Shown here: positions 12,601 to 22,778 of the stretch, piece by piece
Layout of the letters: every line of letters begins with the position of its first letter
Numbering within the stretch: position 1 is the first letter of the stretch
Assembly (NCBI GenBank): GCA_965285935.1
Contig: OZ260661.1
Coordinates: 118,792,001 to 118,856,000, forward strand
Source: Ophelia neglecta
Lineage: Eukaryota
Length of the DNA: 64,000 bases
Direction of reading: 5' to 3'
Notes under the pieces: generated by a model
Told to the model about the DNA's origin: nothing
What the model saw: only the letters and a program-made list of their open reading frames with translations
Database searches by the model: none
Program-made: the position numbers and the translations under genes

Positions 12601-13129
12601 GTATTGCCTCCACCAAAATTGGACTTAGCAGTATTTTTCAAGCCCTTAGATAAAAAACGAGAATATTAAAAAAATGGAACAATAAATTCTGTGCCAAAAT
12701 CTAAATTTTAACTCCAAAAAAGGTTTGAAATATATTCTCTCACAAACTATTAAATTTATTTCTCAGATTGGTTTATTAGCATGAAGAAAATCCTGATTTT
12801 GTTTATAATAATATCTCAAGGGGTTACAGTGCTAGGGATTGGAATTATAAGAATAATTTGAGAATGGAAGAAAAACACCTTTCACTGGACTTTGATTATG
12901 CAGTTGGACCAGTATCTAAGCACTGATAAGTCGAAAATGTTTTTGGGGCCATTAATTTCGTAAATATTCAGAATTGAAAGTATTTACTAACCTTGAGGAA
13001 GTTTGTTGCAATGCTTTTACATGTCTCACATTTTGACTTATCTCCAAGTGCTATGGTGAACACAATTAATAACAAGATGGCAATGCTGGCCTCTACCTTC
13101 TTAATGAGATTAACAGTGAATCTACTCAT
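6178..13129 (-). CDS. CRELD: CRELD (cysteine-rich with EGF-like domains), soluble ER-retained isoform, ~586 aa: 13 shared exons + last exon 6629-6178
   Basis: Signal peptide, N-terminal CETC (CxxC), WE-domain signature KSNFGGGNTDWEEKSLGAYAHSETRLIEILEGIC, then EGF, furin-like and Ca-binding EGF repeats. All introns are GT-AG with consistent phases. C-terminus RVEL*. Confidence 0.9.
7234..7538 (-). CDS. CRELD: CRELD alternative last exon A (two transmembrane segments)
   Basis: Acceptor tctctttgtag| at 7539, phase 1 gives DVPASKKSK...FTNRFERKL*; minus-strand AATAAA at 6725-6730 lies before the exon B acceptor. Confidence 0.85.
7234..13129 (-). CDS. CRELD: CRELD membrane-anchored isoform, ~537 aa: 13 shared exons + last exon 7538-7234
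   Basis: The same shared exons join in phase 1 to an exon with a Lys/Ser-rich linker and two hydrophobic segments (LLASYVGFAIVGIIL; VVSQLVFTITYWFYLFWF). Confidence 0.85.
8744..9095. repeat. ~35-bp tandem repeat (~10 copies; 71-bp higher-order dimer) overlapping the CRELD exon 13 donor
   Basis: Unit ctcaccttttggtttagcttcacatttatcctaaa alternates with ctcacattttggtttagcttcatatttatcttaaca; period 71 (8923, 8994, 9065). Confidence 0.9.
9070..9204 (-). CDS. CRELD: CRELD coding exon 13 (Ca-binding EGF)
   Basis: DIDECTEESSCPGENENCVNLPSSYRCECQEGFIKKEDKCEAKPK; ag|...|gtgag; phase 1-1. Confidence 0.92.
9411..9509 (-). CDS. CRELD: CRELD coding exon 12 (furin-like)
   Basis: CHSACSGCTGPGNQLCTECKEGYKKDDQGECK; phase 1-1. 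Confidence 0.9.
9692..9775 (-). CDS. CRELD: CRELD coding exon 11 (partial cbEGF)
   Basis: DKNECESGEGNCAEDQYCINTEGSSKCS; phase 1-1. Confidence 0.9.
9893..9991 (-). CDS. CRELD: CRELD coding exon 10 (furin-like)
   Basis: CHVSCEMSCTDSSPTSCDACRSGWEHTPEGCI; phase 1-1. Confidence 0.88.
   Translation of the reverse strand, partial: HVMYHAKCLVLTPLPRHVMPVGVAGNTLPKDA
10391..10486 (-). CDS. CRELD: CRELD coding exon 9 (furin-like)
   Basis: CDDACDECTGPGSDKCDECNPRYYKENETCK; phase 1-1. Confidence 0.9.
10771..10857 (-). CDS. CRELD: CRELD coding exon 8 (partial cbEGF)
   Basis: DINECEVKEEPPCENDKYCMNTEGSFLCP; phase 1-1. Confidence 0.9.
11095..11196 (-). CDS. CRELD: CRELD coding exon 7 (furin-like)
   Basis: CDSACESSCWGEGPEGCDDCKEGWNYVEDKGCE; phase 1-1. 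Confidence 0.9.
11308..11434 (-). CDS. CRELD: CRELD coding exon 6 (EGF)
   Basis: GDGTREGNGNCKCDDGYKGIVCDECTNGYFEESKNDTHISCK; phase 0-1. Confidence 0.92.
11782..11870 (-). CDS. CRELD: CRELD coding exon 5
   Basis: VCCAQGYFGENCNECRGGKDRPCKGNGKCL; phase 1-0. Confidence 0.92.
12141..12255 (-). CDS. CRELD: CRELD coding exon 4 (WE domain)
   Basis: CHMMLEHQEETIENWWFKQFAKHKNVNLEEYLCIKKLQ; phase 0-1. Confidence 0.92.
12365..12419 (-). CDS. CRELD: CRELD coding exon 3
   Basis: (S)ETRLIEILEGICHDEGKE; phase 2-0. Confidence 0.92.
12562..12644 (-). CDS. CRELD: CRELD coding exon 2
   Basis: GLKNTAKSNFGGGNTDWEEKSLGAYAHS; phase 0-2. Confidence 0.93.
12992..13129 (-). CDS. CRELD: CRELD coding exon 1 (signal peptide, CxxC)
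   Basis: MSRFTVNLIKKVEASIAILLLIVFTIALGDKSKCETCKSIATNFLK; acceptor ctttcag| at 13144 just upstream of the ATG. Confidence 0.88.
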
Positions 13130-13957
13130 GGTCTAAGGACACTCTGAAAGACAATTAAATTCATATTAATCTGTTTAAAACTTTGTATAAAAAGTTAATA
13201 TTGATCAATACACAGTATAAGGCATTTATAAATGCATGTCCATCAGTGGCCCCACGAGCTACTGTATGTTCAACCCACAAATTGACTTCTAAATATATCC
13301 ATATCCCATGATAATTGTTTCATTTTAATAACGGACATCAATCTTCAGAATACCATCAAGGAGGATTTCAATTAAAATTTGGAGTTTTGACCCCTAATTC
13401 TGGGAATGATACATGATATAGAGTTTTGACCCCCTTTTTGGCTTTATGACCCCATAATAAGTCTCAATGTAGAATTTTGACCCCATAATTTAGGCCTAAA
13501 AGTAGAGTGTCCTCCTTTACTTTTAAGGTGACTGGGCACATGGGTTTTACATACGTGTACATAAGTACATGTACACTACTTCCCATTCCATCCCCCCCCC
13601 CCCCCCCGTCCACCCGGGGCATGCACAGTGTCTGGAAGGGGAATGTTTATATGGTTAACATGCAGGATAAATGAGCTATAAAGATTGAATAAACAATAAA
13701 ACAGATATCTGTGCAACTAGGATTAGTAGCAGAATTCAATTTCTAAAACCACAATCTAGCAGTCGTGTACGACTCCGTACGGCTGGGTCTGCGCTGTAGG
13801 CGTTGGGACGAAGCATGAAAATTGAGCCTTTATATACACAAAAATGCGGAACAACATCACAATATTATCTTTTTGAACCGTTCGAAGTGTGGGTTGGGAG
13901 ACGACACAAAGGCCCGTTTCTCTGCTATAAAAAAAACTGGCCCGAGCAAATATTTAC

Positions 13958-14010
13958 CTGGAAATTCGGTCTAATACTACCACAATTTGACAAAAACACC
14001 GGTCAGACAG
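13958..14010 (-). other. CRELD: Probable non-coding first exon of CRELD
   Basis: Strong donor ttccag|gtaaata at 13958/13957 inside a CpG-enriched patch (13760-14200), just downstream of the ERSE and a TATA-like TTTATAAT; start is approximate. Confidence 0.6.
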
Positions 14011-14039
14011 CACCTTCCAGCCATGACAGTTATTATAAA

Positions 14040-14058
14040 CCAATCAAATAACGCCACG
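14040..14058 (+). promoter_or_regulatory. ER stress response element (ERSE, CCAAT-N9-CCACG; NF-Y/ATF6) in the CRELD promoter
   Basis: Exact consensus CCAAT-caaataacg-CCACG; reads CGTGG-N9-ATTGG on the CRELD sense strand. Confidence 0.8.
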
Positions 14059-14570
14059 ATCGTTTCGCCGAGTCCCGAACATTCGCTGCTACAGTGCTGC
14101 CCTCCCCTGCGTATAACGGAAACAAAAAGCATTTTAGTTAAAGTGTTAGAAGTATACTATCAGCTCTGTTCCTCCCCGGTCTGCAGCTAGACAACTATCG
14201 TTTCCATATTAATTAAGGAAAGCTTAGCACTCGACAAAGGAATATATATTATTCCTAGCTAGATGTTTGGAACTGCAATTGAGCACCCCTAAATATCTCG
14301 TAGAATGTCATTGTCCAGAAAACTACCGTTTCATTTGTAAGTTCATCAGTCATACTACATCTCAGTTGACTGTGTCCGGTTAACTGACCTTACCTGATTA
14401 TTACTTGTACTGGAAATGTTCTCTAGAAATATATTTTGCTGATTTTGCCAATTTGCAATCTTGCAATAGTGTATCCCCGCAAACTTTGAAAAAACGCCCT
14501 GGTTTCTGTACTGTTGGTAGAAATTGTGTAAAATTAAAATTACACATAATCCCCCCCCCCATTTTTTATG

Positions 14571-14776
14571 CTGTAAATCCCTTACATTTTGTGTGCCCTT
14601 CATTTTGTGAATTCTGGGAAGAGGGCCAAATGACGAATTTAAAAAGCTCAAGAATATTAGGAAAACTGTAGGTACCAATAGCACACACATTTACACCATG
14701 AAATTAAATGGAGCAAAAGTCATTTAGGCTCTCAAACTGCAAACAGTTAGGGCCACAGAATATAGGGGTTTTATAG
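14571..14776. mobile_element. Degenerate copy of the CTGTAAAACCC MITE family
   Basis: ctgtaaatcccttacattttg...ggggttttatag resembles the ends of 17823-18333. Confidence 0.5.
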
Positions 14777-15604
14777 CAAAAATTAGTGGACTCCTCTGCT
14801 GCCAAAAAACTGTTTTTTGAAGCTGGCAAAGTAACCAAAGCCTAGGAATTGGTTGTGTTGGTGTTTATCGGACAACTTTTTAAAAGGAACAAAAGCTAAA
14901 CTAGTGAACTTTCATTTATTTTATTGTTCATTATAATCCGAAATACTTCATTGAAGAAAACACATAGCCAATAAATGTAACAAGACATGAAAAATGATGA
15001 TCACACTGCCCATTGGCAAAAGTCCCCATGGGAGTTCGTGAGCCAGGTTGACCATGGTCTGGGCTTGGTCTGATATTCTGTCAGAATCCAGTCATTCCTG
15101 TGCAGTTGCTTGAACTATCTAGGTAAACAGGGAGTATTAATTTTTATCAATTATTAATGTCGGGGGGGGGGGGGGGGGAGATCTGAGCCAATCCCAAGGG
15201 GCATGGGGGGAAGGGGCAAAAATGATTAGCCCTTTATTTTATACAGGAAATTCAGGGTCACCAGAAGAAAATAGTAAAAATACCCCATACAAATGTTTAG
15301 ATCTATATTCTGATTGTACGCTCTGCTTCCACTGCGGAATTTGACTGATACTACTCTCTCTTGTTTGCACTTAACACACTGTCTGCTGGTACTATGTGCC
15401 ATTCTGCACAAACTCCTTATTACTGAAAACTCTTATATTTCATCAGGCAGTTATTTAACAGGTATGTGGAGTAGGGTCAAAATGGAGTAGTAGTGAAATA
15501 AAGACTTATAAAGGTGGATTCCTTTAGAACACAGCATTAACAGACAGTGAATTATTTGTGTGTGCAAAAATTAAGGGGGCACGATAATAGGGTTTTATGG
15601 TAAT

Positions 15605-15835
15605 ATGTAAACTACTACCTTAGCGAAAAAATTAGTGTTTGGTACAGAGGTTCTACTAAAAGCCTTTGATTTTTGTGGACCCTTTATTTTGTCAATAGGG
15701 TGAAAAGTGCCAAGACAAAGGGCTCTTAAAAATTAAGGACATGCAAGAAGCTATTGAAGGAAGCTCTAAAACGCAAAATTAAAGGGTATAGAAATGTTTA
15801 TCATCAAATCAATGAAATATAAGGGTTTTACAGTA
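15605..15835. mobile_element. Degenerate copy of the CTGTAAAACCC MITE family
   Basis: Right end aagggttttacagta with aaaattaaaggg subrepeats; left end eroded. Confidence 0.45.
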
Positions 15836-17054
15836 TTCCATATATTACTTATATTACCATCAAAACAAGGGGTTATGGAAAATGGTTGATAAAACCAGCT
15901 GGATAAAACCTACTGTCTGATACAACTTGGTTTTACTCCACAGGTTTTAAAATTATTTTGCTCTTCAAGATCATGAATGAACAAATCCATGCTTTGCTAT
16001 AAAATCAATGGTATGTTATAATCCTAGTCCCATATCTTGAATTTGTATTTCCAGTAATTTTTGTTATACTGTAGCTAATGCTAACAATGTTCGTGCATGA
16101 TTAAAGGTTGTGCTATTGCAAAAAAAGCACTCCACTTGTTTTTAATATCTTAGCTGGAGATATATAGGACCTGTATATACATGTACATCTACTTAGGAAT
16201 ACAATATCAAGGAGTTTTAATTTTTTGACTTCATATGGGAAATTAAACCCACCAGAACATTGTTTACCATTACAGTATTTTTCCTCGACTTCACAATTGC
16301 GTTCAGTTCTTCACCATCTCTTTTATCTGAACTTCAACATGTGCTAGTAATGACATAGGACAAGAAGGTGTATCAGGACACACACACTACAAGTTAATGA
16401 TGATTGAGACAAGGAACTCTGTCAAGGTCCTCTGTCCATACCTCAGCATCACTGCAATGCATATTCTATTGATGAAGATTGTACAAAATTCGCTTATGTA
16501 TTGCTTGTAGGTTTTGTACTACTACAGCAACAAAGCTTTGCATTCACCCATTTACCATTGGCTCTTGATTTTGAGCTAGGCTCACCTGTACTCCTGTAGC
16601 TAAAAAAATATTCAAAATCTATGCATATGTAAATATATCATGACACTTCTGAGAGTGGAGTTCCCATTGGTTGTGGCCTTGGTCACATAGAATTTTCAGC
16701 TAACTGTAGAAAATTTTTAATACCCCTGTATGAATTCCATGAAAGCTGAACTGGCTGCTATGCATTGGCAAATAACTCCCCCTCTGGGCTTATAGTTTAC
16801 AGAATTTGCTAGCCCAGTTGGGTAATGCCATACTATTTTCCTTTGTTTCTTCACTGCTTCTTCCAATAAGACTGAAAGGTTAGTGAGACATATTTTAAGG
16901 AATTTCACCCAACTAACAAATGTCTAGATTTATAACATTATTTTAATTCATACATGTACATGTAAAAAGGCAACATTCTAACATACTATTAAAAGTAGCT
17001 AGTATTTTTGGACCCTAGAATTGAGCACAATTTGGCCAGTTACATCATAACTGC

Positions 17055-17321
17055 TCAGTCATTCATTTTAACCAGTTCTAAGCCGTCCAAAGTGTCATAG
17101 ATTAAACGAGTGTTTCTGTTTATCTGCATTCCATACAGGGCGTCAGTAACAGCCAGGCCAAACTCAGGATCATCTTTTGATATAATCCCTCTCTCCACTA
17201 TAGCTATCATATTTATCATGGCATGGAAAAGAGTTGGTTTGTTTCTGGGTGTTGTGGAATTTTGCAGCGAGTTTGAACTGTATCCAGACCTTGTTGGTAG
17301 ATTGTGCATTGTTGTTACCCT
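17055..17321 (-). CDS. Predicted homeobox gene exon 2 (88 aa, compact C-terminal domain)
   Basis: RVTTMHN...KPTLFHAMINMIAIVERGIISKDDPEFGLAVTDALYGMQINRNTRLIYDTLDGLELVKMND*; good acceptor, phase matches exon 1. Confidence 0.65.
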   Translation of the reverse strand, partial: RVTTMHNLPTRSGYSSNSLQNSTTPRNKPTLFHAMINMIAIVERGIISKDDPEFGLAVTDALYGMQINRNTRLIYDTLDGLELVKMND

Positions 17322-20300
17322 CTGAAAGAAAGCAATTACAAGTTTTAAAGTAAGCAACTGACAAATTTAAAATTCTAATATGTCCAGTATATGTTCAAAA
17401 CAGGGCATCCAGTGAATACTTCTCAATATGGCATCGAATATACTAGTATAGTAGTGTGGTTGATCCAGACATGTTTAATTTAAGTAGTAATATTGTTTCT
17501 ATAGGCTGCAAGGGTGCAATAGATTTCCCATGGCCACCAATATAACATTTCATTTATAAAGTCATATTCAAAGCATAAATATTGTATTCAAATAGATCAT
17601 TTTAAAGGTAAATGACTGCAATTGATGGTGAAAAACTCGCAATATGATGACCAAATCCCTTGCCCCGCAAATTGCATTTCTACCACTTTTACTAGCCAAG
17701 ACAGTAGCGTATATATGAAAACACATTAAATAAATAATTCTCTGGAAATGCTACAATTGCCCAACATAATATCATCCAGTGATCAACAAGTGACCAGACT
17801 TTGGTTCAGGAGTAATGTAATACTGTAAAACCCTTTTATTTCGCGAGCCCTTTATTTCGCGAATTTCGCGAGTAGTATAAAAATCGCCAAATTAAAGGGC
17901 ACGTGAAAATTATGGGCTCGCGAATATTTAGTCCAGCAGTACGGAAGACGTGGAATCCTAGTAGAACAAATCGGTGTTGCAACGCATATCATAATGCGCA
18001 ACCTTCGGTGTTTTACCAAACGTCTCCGGCTTCCGTCAGCGTCCGGAAAACAAACAAACAAGATGTCAAGACAAACCACTTTAGGGACATACATAAATAT
18101 TGTCAAAAAACAATCCAACAGGAGGTCTAGGACATGCTGTGAAGATTGTTGGTAATTTTAAATAAACACTCAAAAGAATGATATGGTTACGTTCATTCCA
18201 TACTAAGGCCAGAAAGGTGGACTTTTTTTTAACATTTTTCAAAATATTCTAAAAGCGCGAAATTAAAGGGCAGCGAAATAATGTATTGCAAAACCGCGAA
18301 ATAAACGGGCAGCGAAATAAAAGGGTTTTACAGTATCTAATTTCATTATTGACTTAAAGTTAGTGTCATTGATGAAATAAAGTAGAATATTTGACTTAAG
18401 CTCATTTTAACCTTATTCAAAAGCGTCGGCGTTATAATTTACAGGATTACAATAATAAAGATGGTGAAAAACAGTGGGCCTTTTGTCTCCATTCATCTCA
18501 AATAAGTGGGCCTTTAAATGATCAGAGTGGGCCATTTCTTGTTTTACACACTACTTTATATATAGCAAAGAAACAATCAAAGACATGCCAAAAAAGTTTT
18601 ACTGTTTAAACAAACAACCTTCTCACAACTGATGGCGTGGCCGAGTGGTTAGGGCGTCCGCCTCGCAAGTGGGAGATCGGGGTTCTAGCTTCAATCACGT
18701 CAAACCTAAGACGTAAAAATAGGTACTGGTAGCTCCCCTGCCAGGCGCCCGGTATTTCGGAGGTAGTATCAGGACTGGTCAACCCGGTGTCAGTATAATG
18801 TGACTGGGTGGGGTTCCCTGTCTGGTGTCTACGGCAGGTACTCCAGTGAGGCAGCACTCTAAAGAGGGCATTGAGCCCACTGTCACAAGTAGGCACAGTG
18901 GCGATATGACCGATAAGTGTTGAAAGCCACGTAAAACCCCAAACAACAACAACAACACAACTGATGGCCTAGAAAACAGCCTCAAATAGAATAGAATTAA
19001 GTGTCACAACTGGGTGGCAAATGAATCTGCTAAACTTTCAATTGCAGCTATATCAAATGACAGTACCAGGACACTGATTATCACCATATAATTTTATGTC
19101 AAAAAGGGCACAACTATCAATAAATTGTACCAATGAGGAACACTACCAGGTGGTGGAAACTCTTAACTGGAAGATTGACCACACAATCCATTCGCCACAG
19201 TTTTCGGGATATTAAATGGTGTTTTGCCAGCAAGGGTACATGCAAGGGGCGATAATATGGGATGATCAATCGGTTATGTACCACTAATGATTGATTATGA
19301 AGTTCGCACTGATTGTAAACATTATACCCAACTGATAAATTTCACAAACAAGGGAATATGAGGTTTGATAGGTCTGGACAACTGTCAGACAATATTTACC
19401 TGGCTCTGCTGACTTATTTTGCTGTTAGACATCCATGGATTTTGACCCAATTCAGAGGTGTGTTTACTGCTCCCATTTGACACATTCTGGGACATCCCCG
19501 AATCGGATTCCCCCATCGCTTGACTTCCTGGGGGAAGGATGTTATTTTGGCAACAGCAACAACTGTTCATCATTGGATTGTCTTGGTGAAATTTTATAGG
19601 ACTCTTGATTGTTTTCTTCCTGTTCCTTTGCATGAAGGTTTTCATTTCCCATTTAAACCTAGGAATTGGCCTGGGTCGCACCCTTGCATTCATTGCAGAT
19701 TTCAAAACAGGCTTAGCCTCTGAAGTTACACAGTTAGAGGGAGAGATGCTGCCAATACCACGCCCGATTCTATCAGTTTTACTGCATGGTACATTCTTTG
19801 TCATTTTCCTCAGTATTCCTGACTTGCGTTTCATAATTTTCCTTTTCAGAAATGAAGGTGAAGGTCCAGAACTTTTGAGTATCAATCGTTTACATTGCTG
19901 GCCTACTTCAGTGGGCGATAATTTGTTAGCCTTCTGCAAAGTAAGTTCATTTGAAGTTTGGTAGGGACTTAAGTGAGTTGAAGAAGTACATGCAGATGGT
20001 TGGCCAGCTGGGTAGTCTTTCGTGACTTTGGTCGATTTAATCTCAGACTCACGGTTTTGAGCAGGACATATCTGATGTTTGATTGATGCAATATCAACTT
20101 CATGAACACATGATTCAAGGGCCTTTCTCTTCCTCTCCTGTGCATCAATAGAGTTACTTTCCTCATTACTATTAGCTTTTTCCTCTTCCCGCCTAGCTCT
20201 TGCTCTTCGATTTTGGAACCAAATACTCACAATCCTTTCACTCATCCTTAATTTCCTTGCTAAAATCCCTTTCTCGGTCTTGTTGGGCCATTGGTTGCCT

Positions 20301-20407
20301 TGAAAAGATCCCTCTAAAATGTTAAATTGAGCAGGAACTATCACTGTTCTTTTTCGCTTCTGTTTTAACTGTAGTTTTGTGTTATTAAGCTCCCTGTTAT
20401 CAGTCAT
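17055..20407 (-). CDS. Divergent Q50 (paired-like) homeobox protein, predicted two exons 20407-19400 and 17321-17055, 424 aa
   Basis: Homeodomain KRKRTVIVPAQFNILEGSFQGNQWPNKTEKGILARKLRMSERIVSIWFQNRRARARR. Strong donor CAG|gtaaat at 19400 (phase 0) and acceptor ctttcag| at 17322 (phase 0) join two open frames. Confidence 0.75.
17823..18333. mobile_element. Non-autonomous DNA transposon (TA target, Tc1/mariner-like MITE) in the homeobox intron
   Basis: Perfect 22-bp TIR ctgtaaaacccttttatttcgc / gcgaaataaaagggttttacag flanked by TA; subterminal cgcgaaa repeats. Confidence 0.88.
18634..18955 (+). mobile_element. tRNA-derived SINE (Meta/MESC-like core, (AAC)n tail)
   Basis: Box A TGGCCGAGTGG, degenerate box B ggttctagc, core ggtgtcagtataatgtgactgggtgggg, tail tgttgaaagccacgtaaaaccccaaac(aac)n; 13-bp TSD cacaactgatggc (18624-18636, 18956-18968). 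Confidence 0.88.
19400..20407 (-). CDS. Homeobox gene exon 1 (homeodomain in the first ~75 aa, then a low-complexity Ser/Lys/Pro region); unspliced ORF would end at 19385
   Basis: 340-aa ORF with WFQNRR helix 3 and L16, F20, P26, L34, W48, F49, N51, R53. Confidence 0.9.
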
Positions 20408-20605
20408 TTTAAATTCCTACGATATCGTCTGAGTTCTGTCCACAGTCTGTATACCACTGTTTAATACTAGTAGTTTCGGGTAGTTGGCCTCGTGTGAGCG
20501 AAACTTCTTGCGTTTACAAAAGAAAATAGATATTAAGGGCATAAAACACCAGTCGCCACTTGCACACTCTGCCTGGCCAGGCCACCTTCGCTTGAGCTTT
20601 TCCAG

Positions 20606-20617
20606 TTTGGCGCCAAA
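20606..20617. promoter_or_regulatory. Palindromic E2F-type site TTTGGCGCCAAA ~200 bp upstream of the homeobox ATG
   Basis: Exact 12-bp palindrome. Confidence 0.45.
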
Positions 20618-21243
20618 TCTCGATGTTGCAGCGGTGTGAAATAAATGTATGTCCCCATTTTTATTGTTAGAGGGGGGGATTATTAGGAGGAATTGCCATC
20701 ACTTTTTATGGTTCCAATACATTAATTCTGCAAGGAATTATACCTAATATTCATAAACCTCGTCTTGGCAATACTTTTCAGTCCACGTATTAAAAAATGC
20801 CAAGTGACTCACTTTACACGTAGAACGAAACGAATTAAGTTGGTGACCGGGCACTGGCCGGGCACTTGCGGTGGGGGGTGGGGTACTAACCAGAAATATT
20901 TTGGCATCTATCTATAACGAGATTTTTTACACCCACCCCCATTTGTTATAAGTTTTTGTTATCGTGGTAGAGTGAGTCTGTTTGGTTGTCCTCTTACTCT
21001 CCATTTGCCCCGTGGCAATAATATAATGAACACTCCCTACGGGTTGTTTAAAGGTCAAGGTCCTATTTATTTTGCTTTTTTCTCATGCCTTGTGTAGGCG
21101 AGTTCCTTCTGGTTAACACCTTAATTCACTGAGATTCAAGTACAATAGCCGAATGATATAGTCATATATCTTATGATGTCAAGAAGACAGCTGTTTTTGT
21201 TAAATGACAACAGTTTCTTTCTTCGTATGGCAATATAAACCTG

Positions 21244-21409
21244 TATAAAGTTTAGAGGGCGGCAGGTGGAACAGCCGAATACACAAATCACGTGCACCAA
21301 ACAAAACATGGCTGACTCCGTCATTCGGTGTTTGATGTCAAGGCAGCTCAGCTGTTTCTAGATTAAAAGTCAAGCCACCGTTCGTCAAGAAATGTTTTTT
21401 ATTGAGATG
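21244..21409 (+). promoter_or_regulatory. LYST: Probable LYST promoter and non-coding first exon
   Basis: TATAAAG 21244, GC box gagggcgg, E-box TCACGTG 21288-21294, YY1-like AACATGGC, CpG-rich, then donor gatg|gtgagt at 21409/21410. Confidence 0.55.
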
Positions 21410-22219
21410 GTGAGTGAAACCTTATCATAACAAATCAAGAACAATCCGGGAATCATTTTGTTCTACAAGCACGCATATGTGAACATGGAGTGGATGACAT
21501 TCATGGTTTTTTTTGCGGACGGCTGGTGGGGCTATGTTTCATATGAAAGCCTATGATTTGATAAGCTGATAAGGTAACTTCAAATAAGTACTAGTTTCAG
21601 CACCCTCATCTGCTCATGGCCATATCAGCACTATTCCTAACGACTTACTTTGTGGCATGGTATAGCCATTTGGTGCGGTAAGAGTGTTTAAATGAAATTA
21701 CCATGTAATGTTTTGTTCGCATTACTGAACTAGAAAGATTTATACTATACAAGCTTTACTGAACTGTAGGCTAGCGACTATCCGAAGCCTCCAAGCTGAA
21801 ATTATAAGTTCACAAGAGAATACTTCAAGGGTTGTACTGATTGGCGTCATTCTTTCGGGTAGTGGCATGGCTTTCGATAGCGATGAATGAGACTTAATAA
21901 TAAAAAATGATACTAATAATAAAACTGGTATCGGAACACTAAAAACAATATCCGCATGCAAAACTATGTTGATAACCCTCCAGTCATGTGATGAACACTG
22001 ATATAAGCCTCTATGGCATGACTAGGGGGGTAGTCTGCATGTATTTGCATGCCGGTATTGGTTTTACCGTGCTGACATCTGTTTTGTTTTTACATGTAAC
22101 TTATGCCTGCCGTTGCCTTGCTGAATTTTTCCGGAATTTTCCCAAGCCATGACTATAATGAAGCCATGTGGCGATGGGGTTCATGTAGACATGTATATAA
22201 GGCTTTAAAAAAATTATTG

Positions 22220-22778
22220 CAGGCTTTGATGCACAGTGCGATTGTCTGACTGAGTCTAGTAAAAAATGGTCAAGTCGCCTAAATGTTCCCATTAAAACGA
22301 CTGTGCATTGCCAACTCAGTTGGCTTAATAAATCTCCCTGAATGTCAGTGCCAACCTTCTGTAATTCCGACTAAATCATGTCTGAATATTCCTCGTGTTT
22401 TTCGCTGGAAACCGTGGCCGATAATCAGATAACAGTGTCTCGTTGCTCACCCAGTTTGTTTACATCCAGCCCTGCCGGCCGACAGGAGGCAGTATGCACA
22501 ATATTAGGCTGGTTTCCCAAAAGCTGTGCGCTGCACTGTTTCCTGTCCTCTGCAAACACACAGGGAACCAGTGGGCATTCCAAACCATGATATCCATATC
22601 CATTATGGTGCAGTGGCGCCAATTTAAAGTGCGGTGATGTTGAAGGCAAATGCGTTAAAATTTAAGGATGGTTGAGTGCTATTTTCAGTCTAGTAAATAT
22701 TAGCTCAGTCTAGTAAAAAGTATGGTCAGGTAGACTGGGGCCCAGTCTAGTTTACCAGAAAGTTAGCTTCAAAGCCTG
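22220..22778. mobile_element. hAT-like non-autonomous element
   Basis: TIR caggctttga / tcaaagcctg; subterminal agtctagt repeats; imperfect TSD (attattg/aatattg). Confidence 0.6.

Noticed and set aside
14900-16910. Several exon-like minus-strand patches (15117-15000, 15411-15290, 16500-16270, 16908-16717)
   Set aside because: No consistent open spliced frame or recognisable domain; may be 3' UTR or decayed sequence
18634-18705. tRNA gene
   Set aside because: Box B and acceptor stem are degenerate and it continues into a SINE body with tail and TSD
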